Assembly (NCBI GenBank): GCA_964016885.1
Contig: OZ024740.1
Location: 295,058,001 to 295,122,000 of the forward strand
Direction of reading: 5' to 3'
From: Eledone cirrhosa
Taxonomy: Eukaryota
DNA length: 64,000 nt
The first letter of the stretch is position 1. Every line of letters begins with the position of its first letter. Of the stretch, positions 1-11,562 are shown one piece after another. Under the pieces are notes generated by a model, which did no database searches, was not told the DNA's origin, and saw only the letters and a program-made list of their open reading frames with translations. Both the position numbers and the translations under genes were made by a program.

Positions 1-158
1 CGCACACACACACAAGCACACAAATAAACATACATATCTTTACTTTCTTTATTCAATAGAAAATCTGAATTCTGACACCCCAGCGAACTAACCATATTCA
101 CTGAACCAGAACAATTCTCCCATCCCTTTCTCTTGACCATTATCTTTCACTTATCATA

Positions 159-338
159 TGTGAATTGGCAGTATTGGTAGAGGGTTGGACATGCTTTCTA
201 GCATAGAGTTACGTCCCTTTACGATCTGAGTTCAAATCCCGCCGAGGTTAACTTTGCCTTTCATCCATATGGGGTCGATAAAATAAAGTACCAGTAATGT
301 TCTGGGTAATTGCTGGCCTTGTGCCAAAAGTAGAAACA
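159..338 (+). mobile_element. tRNA-derived SINE (Meta-domain-like core) with 20-bp TSD
   Basis: A box TGGCAGTATTGG, B box GAGTTCAAATCC, core AACTTTGCCTTTCATCC...GGGGTCGATAAAATAAAGTACCAG; direct repeat ATTATCTTTCACTTATCATA at 139-158 and 339-358. Confidence 0.85.
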
Positions 339-359
339 ATTATCTTTCACTTATCATAA

Positions 360-997
<638 letters not shown>

Positions 998-1346
998 TAT
1001 TTTTATAGTATTTTTATAGTATATTATACGTAGATAGTATAGTGAAAATATAACAAATAATTCCGTAGTCATTGTGTTTGTATTTCAGAATCTGCGCATG
1101 TAATTTTTATCATTTCAAAAATAAAAACAAAACACTTTTAAGCAAGTAATTAACACAAACTATTCATACAACAACGGATAATAACAAACAAACAACAACT
1201 GATTAAATAGCCTTGAATTATATGTTAATGTTTTATTTGTCTATTTTTCCGTTGCTAGGGTCCAACAGGAAAGCCTATTAAGATGTAAATTACCTAAATT
1301 CAAGAGCTTGAGTCTTCCGTGTTGCTTAGTGAACAGTTCATTATAA

Positions 1347-1449
1347 TAATTGTTTCTACTTTTGGCACAAGGCCAGCAAGTACCCAGTACATTACTGGTA
1401 CTTTATTTTATCGACCCCGTATGGATGAAAGGCAAAGTTAACCTCGGCG
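1347..1449 (-). mobile_element. 5'-truncated Meta-like tRNA-SINE
   Basis: reverse complement of the SINE core and tail; TATAATAAT flanks both sides. Confidence 0.8.
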
Positions 1450-2360
1450 TATAATAATGAAAGTTTAAAAAAAACGCATTAAAGAAAGCATACTTTCTGT
1501 TTGGGAAGTATGTGCAGATTAATGTATTCATCTGAGTTGCCTTAACAAGCATAGTTTTAGTATTGAGAAACACTTAAGCAAAAAGGGAAAACATTTAGAT
1601 TAGGTCAGAAGAAGTAAGTCGTACTTGAAAACTTTTACAATACAGATCGTTTGCATATTTATATTTTTATGAATTTGTTACAAAAAAAAAAAAAATGTTA
1701 ATTTCAGGATTGTTTTAACTATGGACAGTCGATGGGGAAGAATGTGGAAATAATTGCACACAGAAAGAATGATTGAAATAATTAGAAAACTATAATTGGG
1801 TATTTGTTCACAGAACTGTATTAAATTTATACACTGTGGATATGTGGCGACAAACACACACACACACGCATTCAATAACCGATGATTATTGCTCTTCTCA
1901 TTTATACACAAATACTTTCACATACAAATACTCACACATACAAACTCGTGTTGTCATCTGCAATTAATAAAATGTACTACAATACCATCGATATGTGTGC
2001 GAATAAAATAGATATAGCATATTGCGTAAAAGTTACAATTATATATTATAAGTATGTATGATACTGTATAAATTATTTGGTGCAAATTATAACTATCTGT
2101 TTAATTTAATATACTTTTATCTTTATGAAATTAATTAGTAATCTCTTCTTACAGGCTAAGATATATACACCAAATTTAGAACTTTATTTTCACTATAGTA
2201 TCAGGACAACTGCATCCGCACTTTCCTGAACAATCCTTCCATTAACAGATAATTAACACAAATATAAGCATAAATATTGATTTCTAATTTAGACACAAGG
2301 CCAGCAGATCTTGAGTTGATACAGTTGACTATATCAATCCAACAAAATACAGTGTTTGTA

Positions 2361-2547
2361 CGAGGGTCGACTAAAAAGTTCATAGATTGACCAAAATACT
2401 TCATGGAATGACCAAAATGAGGTTTATTTTTCAACATAGTCCCTGGAAAGAAACAATGCAGTTATTAATAAGAAGAGTTGAAAGCAATGCAACAGCTCTG
2501 GCATCATGTCTTCATAGTCAGCCTATGAATTTTTCAACCGACACTCG
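2361..2547. mobile_element. Tc1/mariner MITE
   Basis: imperfect ~30-bp TIRs: TA|CGAGGGTCGACTAAAAAGTTCATAGATTGAC versus GTCAGCCTATGAATTTTTCAACCGACACTCG. Confidence 0.7.
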
Positions 2548-2795
2548 TTCAAGGCCAGCAAATTTTGGGGGAAGGGCAAAATTGATTAAAACAACCTTAG
2601 TTCTTGATTGGTACATTATTTTATCGACCCCGGAATGATTTGACCTTAGAAAGTAAAGAGCTTGAACAAATACCATAATGATATTTTATCCGACACTCTA
2701 CCAAATCTGCTGATACACTACTCTTATACAAGCACAAATATTGAGGAACATAATAATACTAATAAGATTAATGATTTGGTTAGTATTTATTTCTT

Positions 2796-2848
2796 GTATG
2801 TATGTATGTATGTATGTATGTATGTATGTATGTATGTATGTATGTATG

Positions 2849-2877
<29 letters not shown>
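2796..2877 (+). repeat. (TATG)n microsatellite
   Basis: direct inspection; similar arrays at 3938-4085 and 5013-5202. Confidence 0.95.
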
Positions 2878-2878
<1 letters not shown>

Positions 2879-2879
<1 letters not shown>

Positions 2880-3318
2880 GGGCAAAGGAGTCAATGGCCA
2901 TCAAAAATCACCGGGAGAGATGACCCCTTAGCCTTTGTCAAGGTAGAATTCTAGGAGAAAGAAAACTCTGATATAACACCTGCAACCCTGATGGTATCCA
3001 ATGATGTTGACTTGTTCTTCTTTTTGGTAAATATCATCTTGGTTAAGAGAGTGGGACTGGCTTTGTGCAGTGCCTTTGCTCACTATAAAAGCTTCACGGC
3101 ACAGGCATTGCTTTATATCTGGAGATCTCTCTGCACTTGTCGTCACATGGTACCATGGGCCCAGCACTGTGTCAATAATTGTCACAAGTGTAGTGTTTGT
3201 ACCAGTTTTCAAGTCGCTGGCTGGACTAAAAAGTCACACTCGTTCAGCGCATCGGTAGGGGTTCTTCTACAGGGATATAAAGTAGTGGCCGTACTCGAAA
3301 ACGAGTTGACAGCCACCA
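2879..3318 (+). mobile_element. Non-autonomous bipartite RTE-derived element, 5'-truncated copy
   Basis: near-identical to 4086-4691; 3' part encodes a C2H2 finger remnant; ends GCAGCCACC/ACAGCCACC then (ATGT)n. Confidence 0.75.
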
Positions 3319-3332
3319 TGTATGTATGTATG

Positions 3333-3934
3333 TTCTTCTGGTTTTATAATTTCACAAATCTTTTTTTTGCCAATAGAGAGGAGAGTCGGTTCCTAACATA
3401 GACACAAGACTCTCTCATTGGAATTTACACAACATCAACTAGGTGGATATGTATGTATGTCTGCATGCATGCATGTGTAGATATGGATGTTATTGTATGT
3501 GTGGATGTGTATGTTTTGAGTTGTATGTGTGCATGTGTATATGCTTTGTATCTGTACATGTGTATATGCAGTTATTAGCTGCAACATTTTTGGAATGTTT
3601 TACATATTTTTACTGTTCCATTAATGGATTGTACTTGTAATTTCTTAACTAGTTGTGTTCTTTCTGTTCCTGTGAAGCCTAGCTTCTCAAGATTTGTATT
3701 GAGGCAGTTACTAGCATACCCCAGTGCCACAATAATTACAGGCATAAATCTGAAGGTGCAATCAGGGTGGAGTATCTGCAGATTTCTCATCAGTTCTGCA
3801 TAAATATTCTCCTTTTCGCTAATTTCCACTACTGTGCATGCTTTCTTCTCCCTGTCCCATATCATAATATTTGGTCTGTTATGCCTGCATTTTATTGGGG
3901 TTTTTACTGGAACATTCCACCAGTACTCTTTCAT
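3333..3934 (-). mobile_element. 3' fragment of an RLE-type non-LTR retrotransposon (R4/Dong-like restriction-like endonuclease plus 3' UTR)
   Basis: ORF 3575-3934 YWWNVPVKT..HNRPNIMIWDREKKACTVVEIS..K..Y..L..PVIIVALG matches the RPD..E..K..Y pattern of RLE domains; ends in (CATA)n. Confidence 0.75.
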
Positions 3935-3986
3935 ATTATGTATGTATATTTGTAGGTATGTATGCGTGTATGTATGTGTGCGTGTG

Positions 3987-4018
<32 letters not shown>

Positions 4019-4085
4019 TGTATGTATGTATGTATGTATGCATGCATGTATGTATGTATGTATGTATTTATGTATGTATGTATGT

Positions 4086-4691
4086 CAGGTCACCAGTTGG
4101 TGCTACTGATAACATGTATCCCAGTACAACCTGTCTCATGGTCGGGTCGTTGGCGACTAAACTGGCAACCCCACCAAGGTTTCTTGGTGAGGAGGGTGAC
4201 TTTGGACATCCTGCAGGAATAAAAACAAAACCTGCCAAAGGGCAAAGCAGCTCTTAAGAGTCAATGGCCATCCAAAATCACCGGGAGAGATGACCTCTTA
4301 GCCTTTGTCAAGGTAGAATTCTAGGAGAAGGAAAACTCTGATATAACACCTGCAACCCTGATGGTATCCAATGATGTTGACTTGTTCTTCTTTTTGGTAA
4401 ATATCATCTTGGTCAAGAGAGTGGGACTGGCTTTGTGCAGAGCCTTTGCTCACTATAAAAGCTTCACGGCACAGGCATTTCTTTATATATAGAGATCTCT
4501 CTGCACTTGTCGTCACATGGTACCATGGGCCTAGCACTATGTGTCAATAATTGTCACAAGTGTAGTGTTTGTACCAGAGTTTTCAAGTCGCTGGCTGGAC
4601 TAAAAAGTCACACTCGTTCAGCGCATTGGTAGGGGTTCTCCTACATGGATATAAAGCAGTGGCCGTACTCGAAAACGAGTTGGCAGCCACC
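4086..4691 (+). mobile_element. Non-autonomous bipartite RTE-derived element, full-length copy (~605 bp)
   Basis: RTE-5'UTR-like segment (CTAGGAGAAGGAAAACTCTGATATAAC) fused to an RTE-like 3' end ([24 protein letters not shown] zinc finger, 3' UTR, (ATGT)n tail); same 5' start as the copy at 46268. Confidence 0.75.
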
Positions 4692-4710
4692 ATGTATGTA
4701 TGTATGTAAA

Positions 4711-5012
4711 TCTTTTTGGTAAATATCATCTTGGTTAAGAGAGTGGGACTGGCTTTGTGCAGTGCCTTTGCTCACTATAAAAGCTTCACGGCATAGGCAT
4801 TGCTTTATATCTGGAGACCTCTCTGCACTTGTCGTCAGATGGTACCATGGGCCAAGCACTATGTGTCAATAATTGTCACAAGTGTAGTGTTTGTACCAGA
4901 GTTTTCAAGTCGCTGGCTGGACTAAAAATCACACTCGTTCAGCGCATCGGTAGGGGTTCTCCTACATGGATATAAAGTAGTGGCCTTACTCGAAAACGAG
5001 TTGGCAGCCACC
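4711..5012 (+). mobile_element. Non-autonomous RTE-derived element, 5'-truncated tandem copy
   Basis: near-identical to the 3' half of 4086-4691; lies in the previous copy's (TATG)n tail. Confidence 0.75.
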
Positions 5013-5202
5013 ATGTATGTATGTATGTATGTATGTATGTATGTATGTATGTATGTATGTATGTATGTATGTATGTATGTATGTATGTATGTATGCGTGT
5101 ATGTATGTGTGCGTGTGTGTATGTATGCATGTATGTATGTATGTATGTATGTATGTATGTATGTATGTATGTATGTATGTATGTATGTATGTATGTATGT
5201 AT

Positions 5203-5710
5203 GCTCTGAAGATTGATATGGAGAACTGGGAGAGATTACCTGAAAGATCATCAAGTATGAATGTGATGACTGAGAAAAAGCGAGTGGAGCATGCTTTTTT
5301 GAAGCGTTCACTTCGCAAGCGGGACCCAGGTGCTGTGCCTGCAAAAACCCAGCAGTAACTAAGCTACAATGTATGTGGCCGATTTCTTCTAACAAGAGCT
5401 GGATTTGTCAACCATCTGAAATCACACGAGCCAAAGAGAAATCGAGCCCCATGTGAGGTGGTTCTATCGCCACAAACATTTGCAGGGAGTGTGGCTTGAT
5501 TTACAAGTCAGCTGGTGAACTGGCCAGACATGGTAAAATGCATGAAGACACACCTTAACCGGTATTGCTACCAGAGAAACAGTTCAAGTGTGAAATCTGT
5601 GAACGTGTCTTCAAAACAAAAGCAGGTTTGAAAAGTAACCTGTGTGCACATGATCGTGCAATGTTCAATGAAGAGATGGTACTCTTCTGACAAGAAGTAA
5701 CGAACAGCAA
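5203..5710 (+). mobile_element. RTE LINE 3' end with degenerate C2H2 zinc fingers
   Basis: LKIDMENWE..; CNVCGRFL..RAGFVNHLKSH and FKCEICERVFKTKAGLKSNLCAH motifs; (ATGT)n tail. Confidence 0.65.
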
Positions 5711-5723
5711 TGTATGTATGTAT

Positions 5724-6218
5724 TTACAACCTGTGCATGGTCGGATCGTCGGCAACTAAGCCGGCAACTCCACTAAGCTTGCTTGGCGAGGAGGGTGATT
5801 TTGGATGAAAAACAAAACCCGTCAAAGGGCGGAGGAACTCAGGAGAGTCAACGGCCATCCAATAAAGTTTCCTTTTTTGTGGAGCGAGAGACTTCTAGCC
5901 TTCATTAAGATATCTCTCTAGGAGAAGACCACTCTGATATGAAACCTGCGACTTCGTTTGTATCCACTGATGTAGACCAGTTCTACTTTTTAGGTAAATG
6001 CATTCGATGTTCAGAGAATGGAATTGGCTCCGTGCAAATCTTTTCCTCACTTAAAGATACTTCAAGCACAGGCATCACTTGATATGTGACATTTCTTTTG
6101 CAATGCATGGCATTGCTGGCCATAGGCAAGTCCCTAGCAGGACTAAAAAGCCACATCTGTGATGCTCATGCTTAAGTATCAAGTGATGGCATTACTCGAA
6201 ATTGAGTAGCAGGCATCA
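5724..6218 (+). mobile_element. Divergent relative of the bipartite RTE-derived element
   Basis: collinear similarity to 4126-4691 (ACAACCTGT..GGTCGGATCGTCGGCAACTAAG; CTAGGAGAAGACCACTCTGATATG; GGACTAAAAAGCCACA; TACTCGAAA). Confidence 0.65.
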
Positions 6219-6234
6219 TGTATGTATATGGTGC

Positions 6235-7233
6235 CACAGGCCTCATACACAGAGAACTTTGTGTTTCTCGTGATACCCTGATTTAACCAGACTCGCTTCT
6301 CAAGCTTCCCGAAGGCAAGACTTGCTGTTAAACTGTCTTAGATAAAAGACTTTGTCAGAGGTTCTAATTCGCAAATATACACCTATTTCGAAGTCTTGGA
6401 AGCCATATGTCAGCAGCAAGGCGGAATAAATTAAGAACAGAGTGGGTGCAGGTATATCGCCTTTCTTGACACCGTTTCCCACTGATATTGGCTCTGAAAA
6501 CGTCCCAATGAAGTTCACTTTTGCTTTCATACTTTTATGGAGTTTTTTTTAATATTCCCACAAATTCATAAGGGCCTGCATGTTTTCCCAATATGACCCA
6601 CAATGCCCTACGATTAACAGTATCGAAGGTTTTGGTAAGGTCCTGCTGCTTAACACACATCTTCATAAACTGAGAAAATCATGTCCATAGTACGCAACCC
6701 AGCTCTGAATCCACACTGGATCTCAGGGATGGCACCAGGGCAGATCCATTTTATTAAACGATTCGGCAGAACCTTGGATAAGAATTTTCCTACCGATTCG
6801 AACAGGCTTTTACCGTATTCAGACATGGATCCCTTGCCTTTGTAAATCGAGAGCAAAATTGCATCTACACAGTCTTATGGAACAGGCTCACCATCTCATA
6901 CAAATAAGAGTAGCTCATGAATGGCCATAGTAACATTGTCTTCTTTAAAGCGGATCAACTCAACAGGTATTCCATCCAAACCTGGAGCTTTTCCTATGTT
7001 TATCTTTTTGATAGTAGACCTTATCTCATCAACTACTGCACCATTCATCATCGCTGTTACAATCTTCCTTTACGGCAGTCTATTAATAATTTCCTCATCT
7101 ACTACAGATGGGTTGTCAAACTGATCTTTAAAGTGTTCAGTCCACCGACTCATCATTTCTGCTGGATATTTGATGAAGATGTTCCCATCTTTTGACTTCA
7201 ATGGTGCTATTTTTTAGGGATGTGGACCGAAAG
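6235..7233 (-). pseudogene. RTE-clade reverse transcriptase fragment (degraded)
   Basis: GKAPGLDGIPVELI, IYKGKG, PEIQCGFRAGLRTMDMIFS, SEPISVGNGVKKGDIPAPTLFLIY motifs with stops and frameshifts. Confidence 0.85.
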
Positions 7234-7470
7234 CTACTATACGGATGCGAAACGTGAACAACTTACAGACAGCTGGAAAGATTTCATCAGCATTGTATCC
7301 GACGCATCCTGGACATCAAGTGGTCCTCATACCCACATTATGCTGTTGTACTTGAGAAAGTGGGTAGCATCAGTATTGAGAGGAGGATTATAATGAACCA
7401 GATGCGTTGGGCTGGTCATATGGTCAGAATGGAAGATGGAAGGCTGGCTAAACAGTTATTTTATAGGGAG
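7234..7470 (+). pseudogene. RTE ORF post-RT segment, inverted relative to the upstream RT fragment
   Basis: LLYGCET*TTYR..LERFHQHCIRRILDIKW..QMRWAGHMVRMEDGRLAKQLFYRE. Confidence 0.8.
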
Positions 7471-8790
7471 GAAAAATGCCACGTCGTCGGGCGCTGGATG
7501 AACAGACCGGTAATGTTGCTTGGGGTCTGACTCAGACTAGATCTCTTGATGGATAAGAATTGGGACGAGTTTACGATCAGAGTAGCCATTCTCACCCAGA
7601 AATGGGCCGAGAGGAAGCTGAAAAGTCGAGTGGAGGTGGCGGACGCATACATCGCGTCCTTCATCTACTACCACCTTGCCCCCGTTTGCGCCTTGCCAAA
7701 TTGGAACAGCTCCTCTTCAACTTCTTGTGGAGGGGACAGGTTCCGTTGGTGAGACGGTCCATCTGCTGCCAGCACGCGGAGGGCTGGGCATGCGGTGGCT
7801 AAGGACGCGCAAAAATGCGCTGAAGCTGCGGCATCTCCAGGTATTCTGCCTAAACGGTGAACAGGTGTGGTCAACGTTTGTGATACAGGCCTTTCTGCAG
7901 CTCGTCTTTTTGACTGAGCTGCAGTCCTGGGCGAAGAAGAGACCGAGACAGGGCGCCTGGCATCTGGAGTGTTGCCAGTGAAACTTCCACTCTCAAGTTC
8001 TATAGACAATCAGTGGTGGGCAAGTGCGACGACACTCTCAAAGAAGCCCTGGGCGTCGACGAAGTTGAACTGACCAGTTTTTTTTTGGAGGACTTTCGAG
8101 TCGGAGACTATGGGTAACTTCCAGAAATCCCCCGCTAAGCAGTACTACCGGAGGCACTGCCGGTTTGAGATAAACTCTACAGGCACGGAGTTGCTTTTAG
8201 ACGGACCTGCCCGAGATACGCGCAGAGCGACGAAAGTGTTCTGCACACATTTGTCCTGTGTCCGTGCATTATTGAATTGTGGAGTTATGTCGAGCAGCTG
8301 TTGTCGCGTGTAGGACGGATCCGGCTATCGACCTAGTCCATAGTGAAGATCGCCACACCGCCTTCTTTTGTCCGGGAAGAGCAGGCAGTTTTCTTCTGTC
8401 TAGTGGTAGTAGCGAAAGAGGTAGTGTGTTGGACCAGGTTGAAAGGACTGAAGACAGACATTTTTCTTTTCGGCCAATCCCTCTTCAACTTCTTCAAGTT
8501 TAACTTGGAAAGGAAAGTGAGGGTGGAGAGAGTAGTGCTGCTCCCCACACATTTGCTAAAAGGTGGGTGAATATTGCAAGAATGGCCCGTGTAAATGGGA
8601 TTACACTGAGCATGCGCCTGTAGGCTGGTTAATTTAAAGAGAGGAGTGCCCTTCCCGTGTGCCTTCGAAGCGTCGGGTGATTCAGGATTTGTGGGGTACC
8701 TGTGTCGCCCTAGGTGGTTACCCCCCCCCTATTGGGGAATTTTCATTGTTGCATTTTCTTGTTTATTGTTATTGTTTTTATTATTTCTGA
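7471..8790 (+). mobile_element. Old, divergent Tx1-clade LINE 3' fragment
   Basis: homologous to the C-terminal part of ORF2 at 57450-58696 (LTQKWAERKL, MGNFQKS, AKEVVCWTRLKGL, ARMARVNG); many frameshifts. Confidence 0.85.
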
Positions 8791-8828
8791 TTTATGCCTA
8801 AATCAGAAACTATTACTATTATTTTGGA

Positions 8829-9185
8829 TTGGCGGTGGATTGGCAGTATTGGTAGAGGGTCGGACGCCATGCTTTGACGCATAGAATTACGGCCCTTGCC
8901 CTTCTGAGTTCAAATCCCGCCGAGGTTAACTTTGCCTTTCATCCTTACGGGGTCGATAAAATAAAGTACCAGTAATACACTGGGTAATTGCTGGCCTTGT
9001 GCCTAACGTAGAAACAATTATTTTGGATTGGCAGTATCGGTAGAGAGTAGGACATGCTTTGCGGCATAGAGTTACGGCCTTTTACATTCTGAGTTCAAAT
9101 CCCGTCAAGGTTAGCTCTGCCTTTCATCCCTATGGGGTCGATAAAATAAAGCACCAGTAATACACTGAGTCGATTTAATCGACTT
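8829..9185 (+). mobile_element. Two tandem Meta-like tRNA-SINEs
   Basis: two sets of A/B boxes and core; the first has the GCTGGCCTTGTGCC...GAAACAATTA tail. Confidence 0.85.
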
Positions 9186-9709
9186 CCACCCATATGCCTA
9201 TAGCACATCACAATCACTCAAACTATCTAATCAAATAATTTTACAGTTTTAGTCACACTCTAATTTAAGTTCATATTTCAACTAAACCATGTTCATATTT
9301 TATTCCTCTGCGGTGAATATGATATAAGCATGTAATGTATGGAGATCAATTCAACCGCTTTTGTGCTTTCTTAAAAACAAAACAAAAAACAAAAAAGTTC
9401 TAAAGTTGGGATTAATACGTGTAAATTTATTTGGAAATACGTCGGCTTTTATTAGAAAATACAAATTAAATGTAAAAAAGACTAACAACGACACAATTAC
9501 TTGAAATGTGTTTGTTTAGCCATTTCATGTTTGAATTGATGATTGAAGATAATCAACCAAACTGGGGAAAAAAGCGAAATATTTGGGTTATTCGATTAAT
9601 TTGTGTATTTTTATAGTATTTTAATCTTCTTTCGTTATATAGTATATTTGTTGACATTAAATCGTCTTTTTGTGTACAAAGCCATTTATATATATATCAA
9701 GTAGAGTGT

Positions 9710-9742
<33 letters not shown>

Positions 9743-9825
9743 CATATACACACATGTGTATATGTATCGACCGTCGATCGACTTTCGTCAAATCTTTCCA
9801 ATTGCTAATACTATCTATCAGTCGC

Positions 9826-9957
9826 AACTCCAGGTAGAAGGAGCAACGTGAAATAAAGTGCCTTGCCCAAGGACATAACGTATCACAGGGTCCGGGAATC
9901 GAACTCACAACCTCACGATTGAGAATCCAATTCTCTAACCACTCAGCCACGGGCCTA
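9826..9957 (-). mobile_element. Second tRNA-SINE family (head and central domain)
   Basis: minus strand GTGGCTGAGTGGTTAGAG..GTGAGTTCGATTCCCGG..TGTCCTTGGGCAAGGCACTTTATTTCACGTTGCTCC; related copies at 21062-21380, 33700-33950 and 37830-38090. Confidence 0.75.
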
Positions 9958-10769
9958 TGTATATATATATTTATATGTACACACGCATACATACACATAG
10001 CCATACACACATATATATATACATTATTATATTGTTTTAAGCTGACTAGTTTTCCATTACATCAAGTTTCATGCTGGATGGCGTTCATCAGATAGCGTAT
10101 CAACTGACGAGCATCTCAATAATAATGAATCTTTTGGGTAGTTAACTGCACACTTCCAGTTGGTCTTGAACTTCTTATTGAGCCTAGGCTTCCAACTGAT
10201 TTTAATGTTTACATCCATTCAGTTAATCAGGTTGTATATTTCTGTTATAACCTGTGTAGTAAATATTGATTTCATGGTCGCATTTTTACATCATTTCTGA
10301 TTTCTAATTCAGGTTCTCTTTAGGCTTTGTTAGGATGTGAGACTTTTCATCCATACAAAGTTGGTATTAAATAAATAAAAAATACAGATAAGATCATTTT
10401 CTCACTTAAGCAAGAGCAACGGTTGCGCACATATAGAACAACAGAATATAATGATTTCATTATCCCATTACCATAAACATAAGATAAAATATTGTCAAAA
10501 ATTCTTAACACAAATTAACAACTTCTTCCCATAAATACAATAAATCATTTAATAGAGAAGACTTCAAGATCAGCTACTGTTTTGTTCTGTTTCTCTATAG
10601 CCCATTGCGTTCAATTTACTGTTGAAATTGTCAGCACAATTTTTTCAGATCCCATACCGGACTGGACAAAGCTATCGTCCAGTCAAGGTTACATTCCCTT
10701 TTCACTAATGAAACATTACGATAATTGTCATCTTTAATAAAGGTTGCCTTATCTGACAAAAATATTTGT

Positions 10770-11062
10770 AAAGGAAATTCATCCTAACATTGTTGCTACA
10801 TTAGAGGATCATACTCCAGCTTTATTAACAGTGAAAAAGTGGGCAGTTAAATTTAGGAATGAAAGGGAGAGTCATGAAGATGACTGAAGGTCTGGACGTC
10901 CTACAACTGCCACCACAGAGGAAAACATTAATCGTATTCCCCACATGGCGATGGATGACAGGCAATTGATTATAGATCAAATAGCCATTGCTATTAGCAC
11001 ATCCTGTGAGAGAGTTGAGGATATTCTGCACAATGAACTTGGCATGACGAAGGTATCTGCTT
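10770..11062 (+). pseudogene. Mariner transposase N-terminal HTH fragment
   Basis: KEIH...TVKKWAVKFRNERESHEDD*RSGRPTTATTEENI..MDDRQLIIDQIAIAISTSCERVEDILHNELGMTKVSA. Confidence 0.85.
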
Positions 11063-11235
11063 GTAAATTTAATTTTATTCTTGAGGTTATTTCAACCAGC
11101 CTACTGTAGTATTACCATTGTTACATCGTCACGAATTTGTTGCTTTTCTTTTACTCTTATTGATGTTATATAGAATTTATTTATTAACTAAATTTTGCGT
11201 GGTTTAAACATCATGCAATAAGAACTCTCCCCTTC

Positions 11236-11236
<1 letters not shown>

Positions 11237-11328
<92 letters not shown>
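11237..11328 (+). repeat. (CTAT)n/(TATC)n microsatellite, 5' flank of Tx1 copy 1
   Basis: direct inspection. Confidence 0.95.
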
Positions 11329-11562
11329 AATAATCTAGCTGTCGTCTGTTCTACAGCGTAGACGTAGTTCACTTCGCGCAGAAGTTTTGTTCCAATTTAT
11401 TGCGGAAATTTTGTAAGTTTAATTTTAATTTTGATACTATTGTGTAGCTTGACTCCCCGTCTGAACTGTCAGGCGGTGGGTCAGCTCATATTCGCCCCTC
11501 CTAGGGGTGAAAAACCTGTTTTTAAAAATTTTGTGGCATAAAATTTCAATCGTCTGGCAGAA

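Noticed and set aside
159-260. tRNA genes at SINE heads
   Set aside because: A/B boxes are present but there is no cloverleaf; they continue into SINE core, tail and TSD
4298-4537. Recurrent 79-aa ORF MLGPWYHVTTSAER... in four places
   Set aside because: Antisense frame of near-identical repeat copies with a non-ATG start; no evidence of coding constraint
2796-6230. CRISPR-like repeat/spacer alternation
   Set aside because: Repeats are variable-length microsatellites and the 'spacers' are retroelement copies; eukaryotic context with no cas genes
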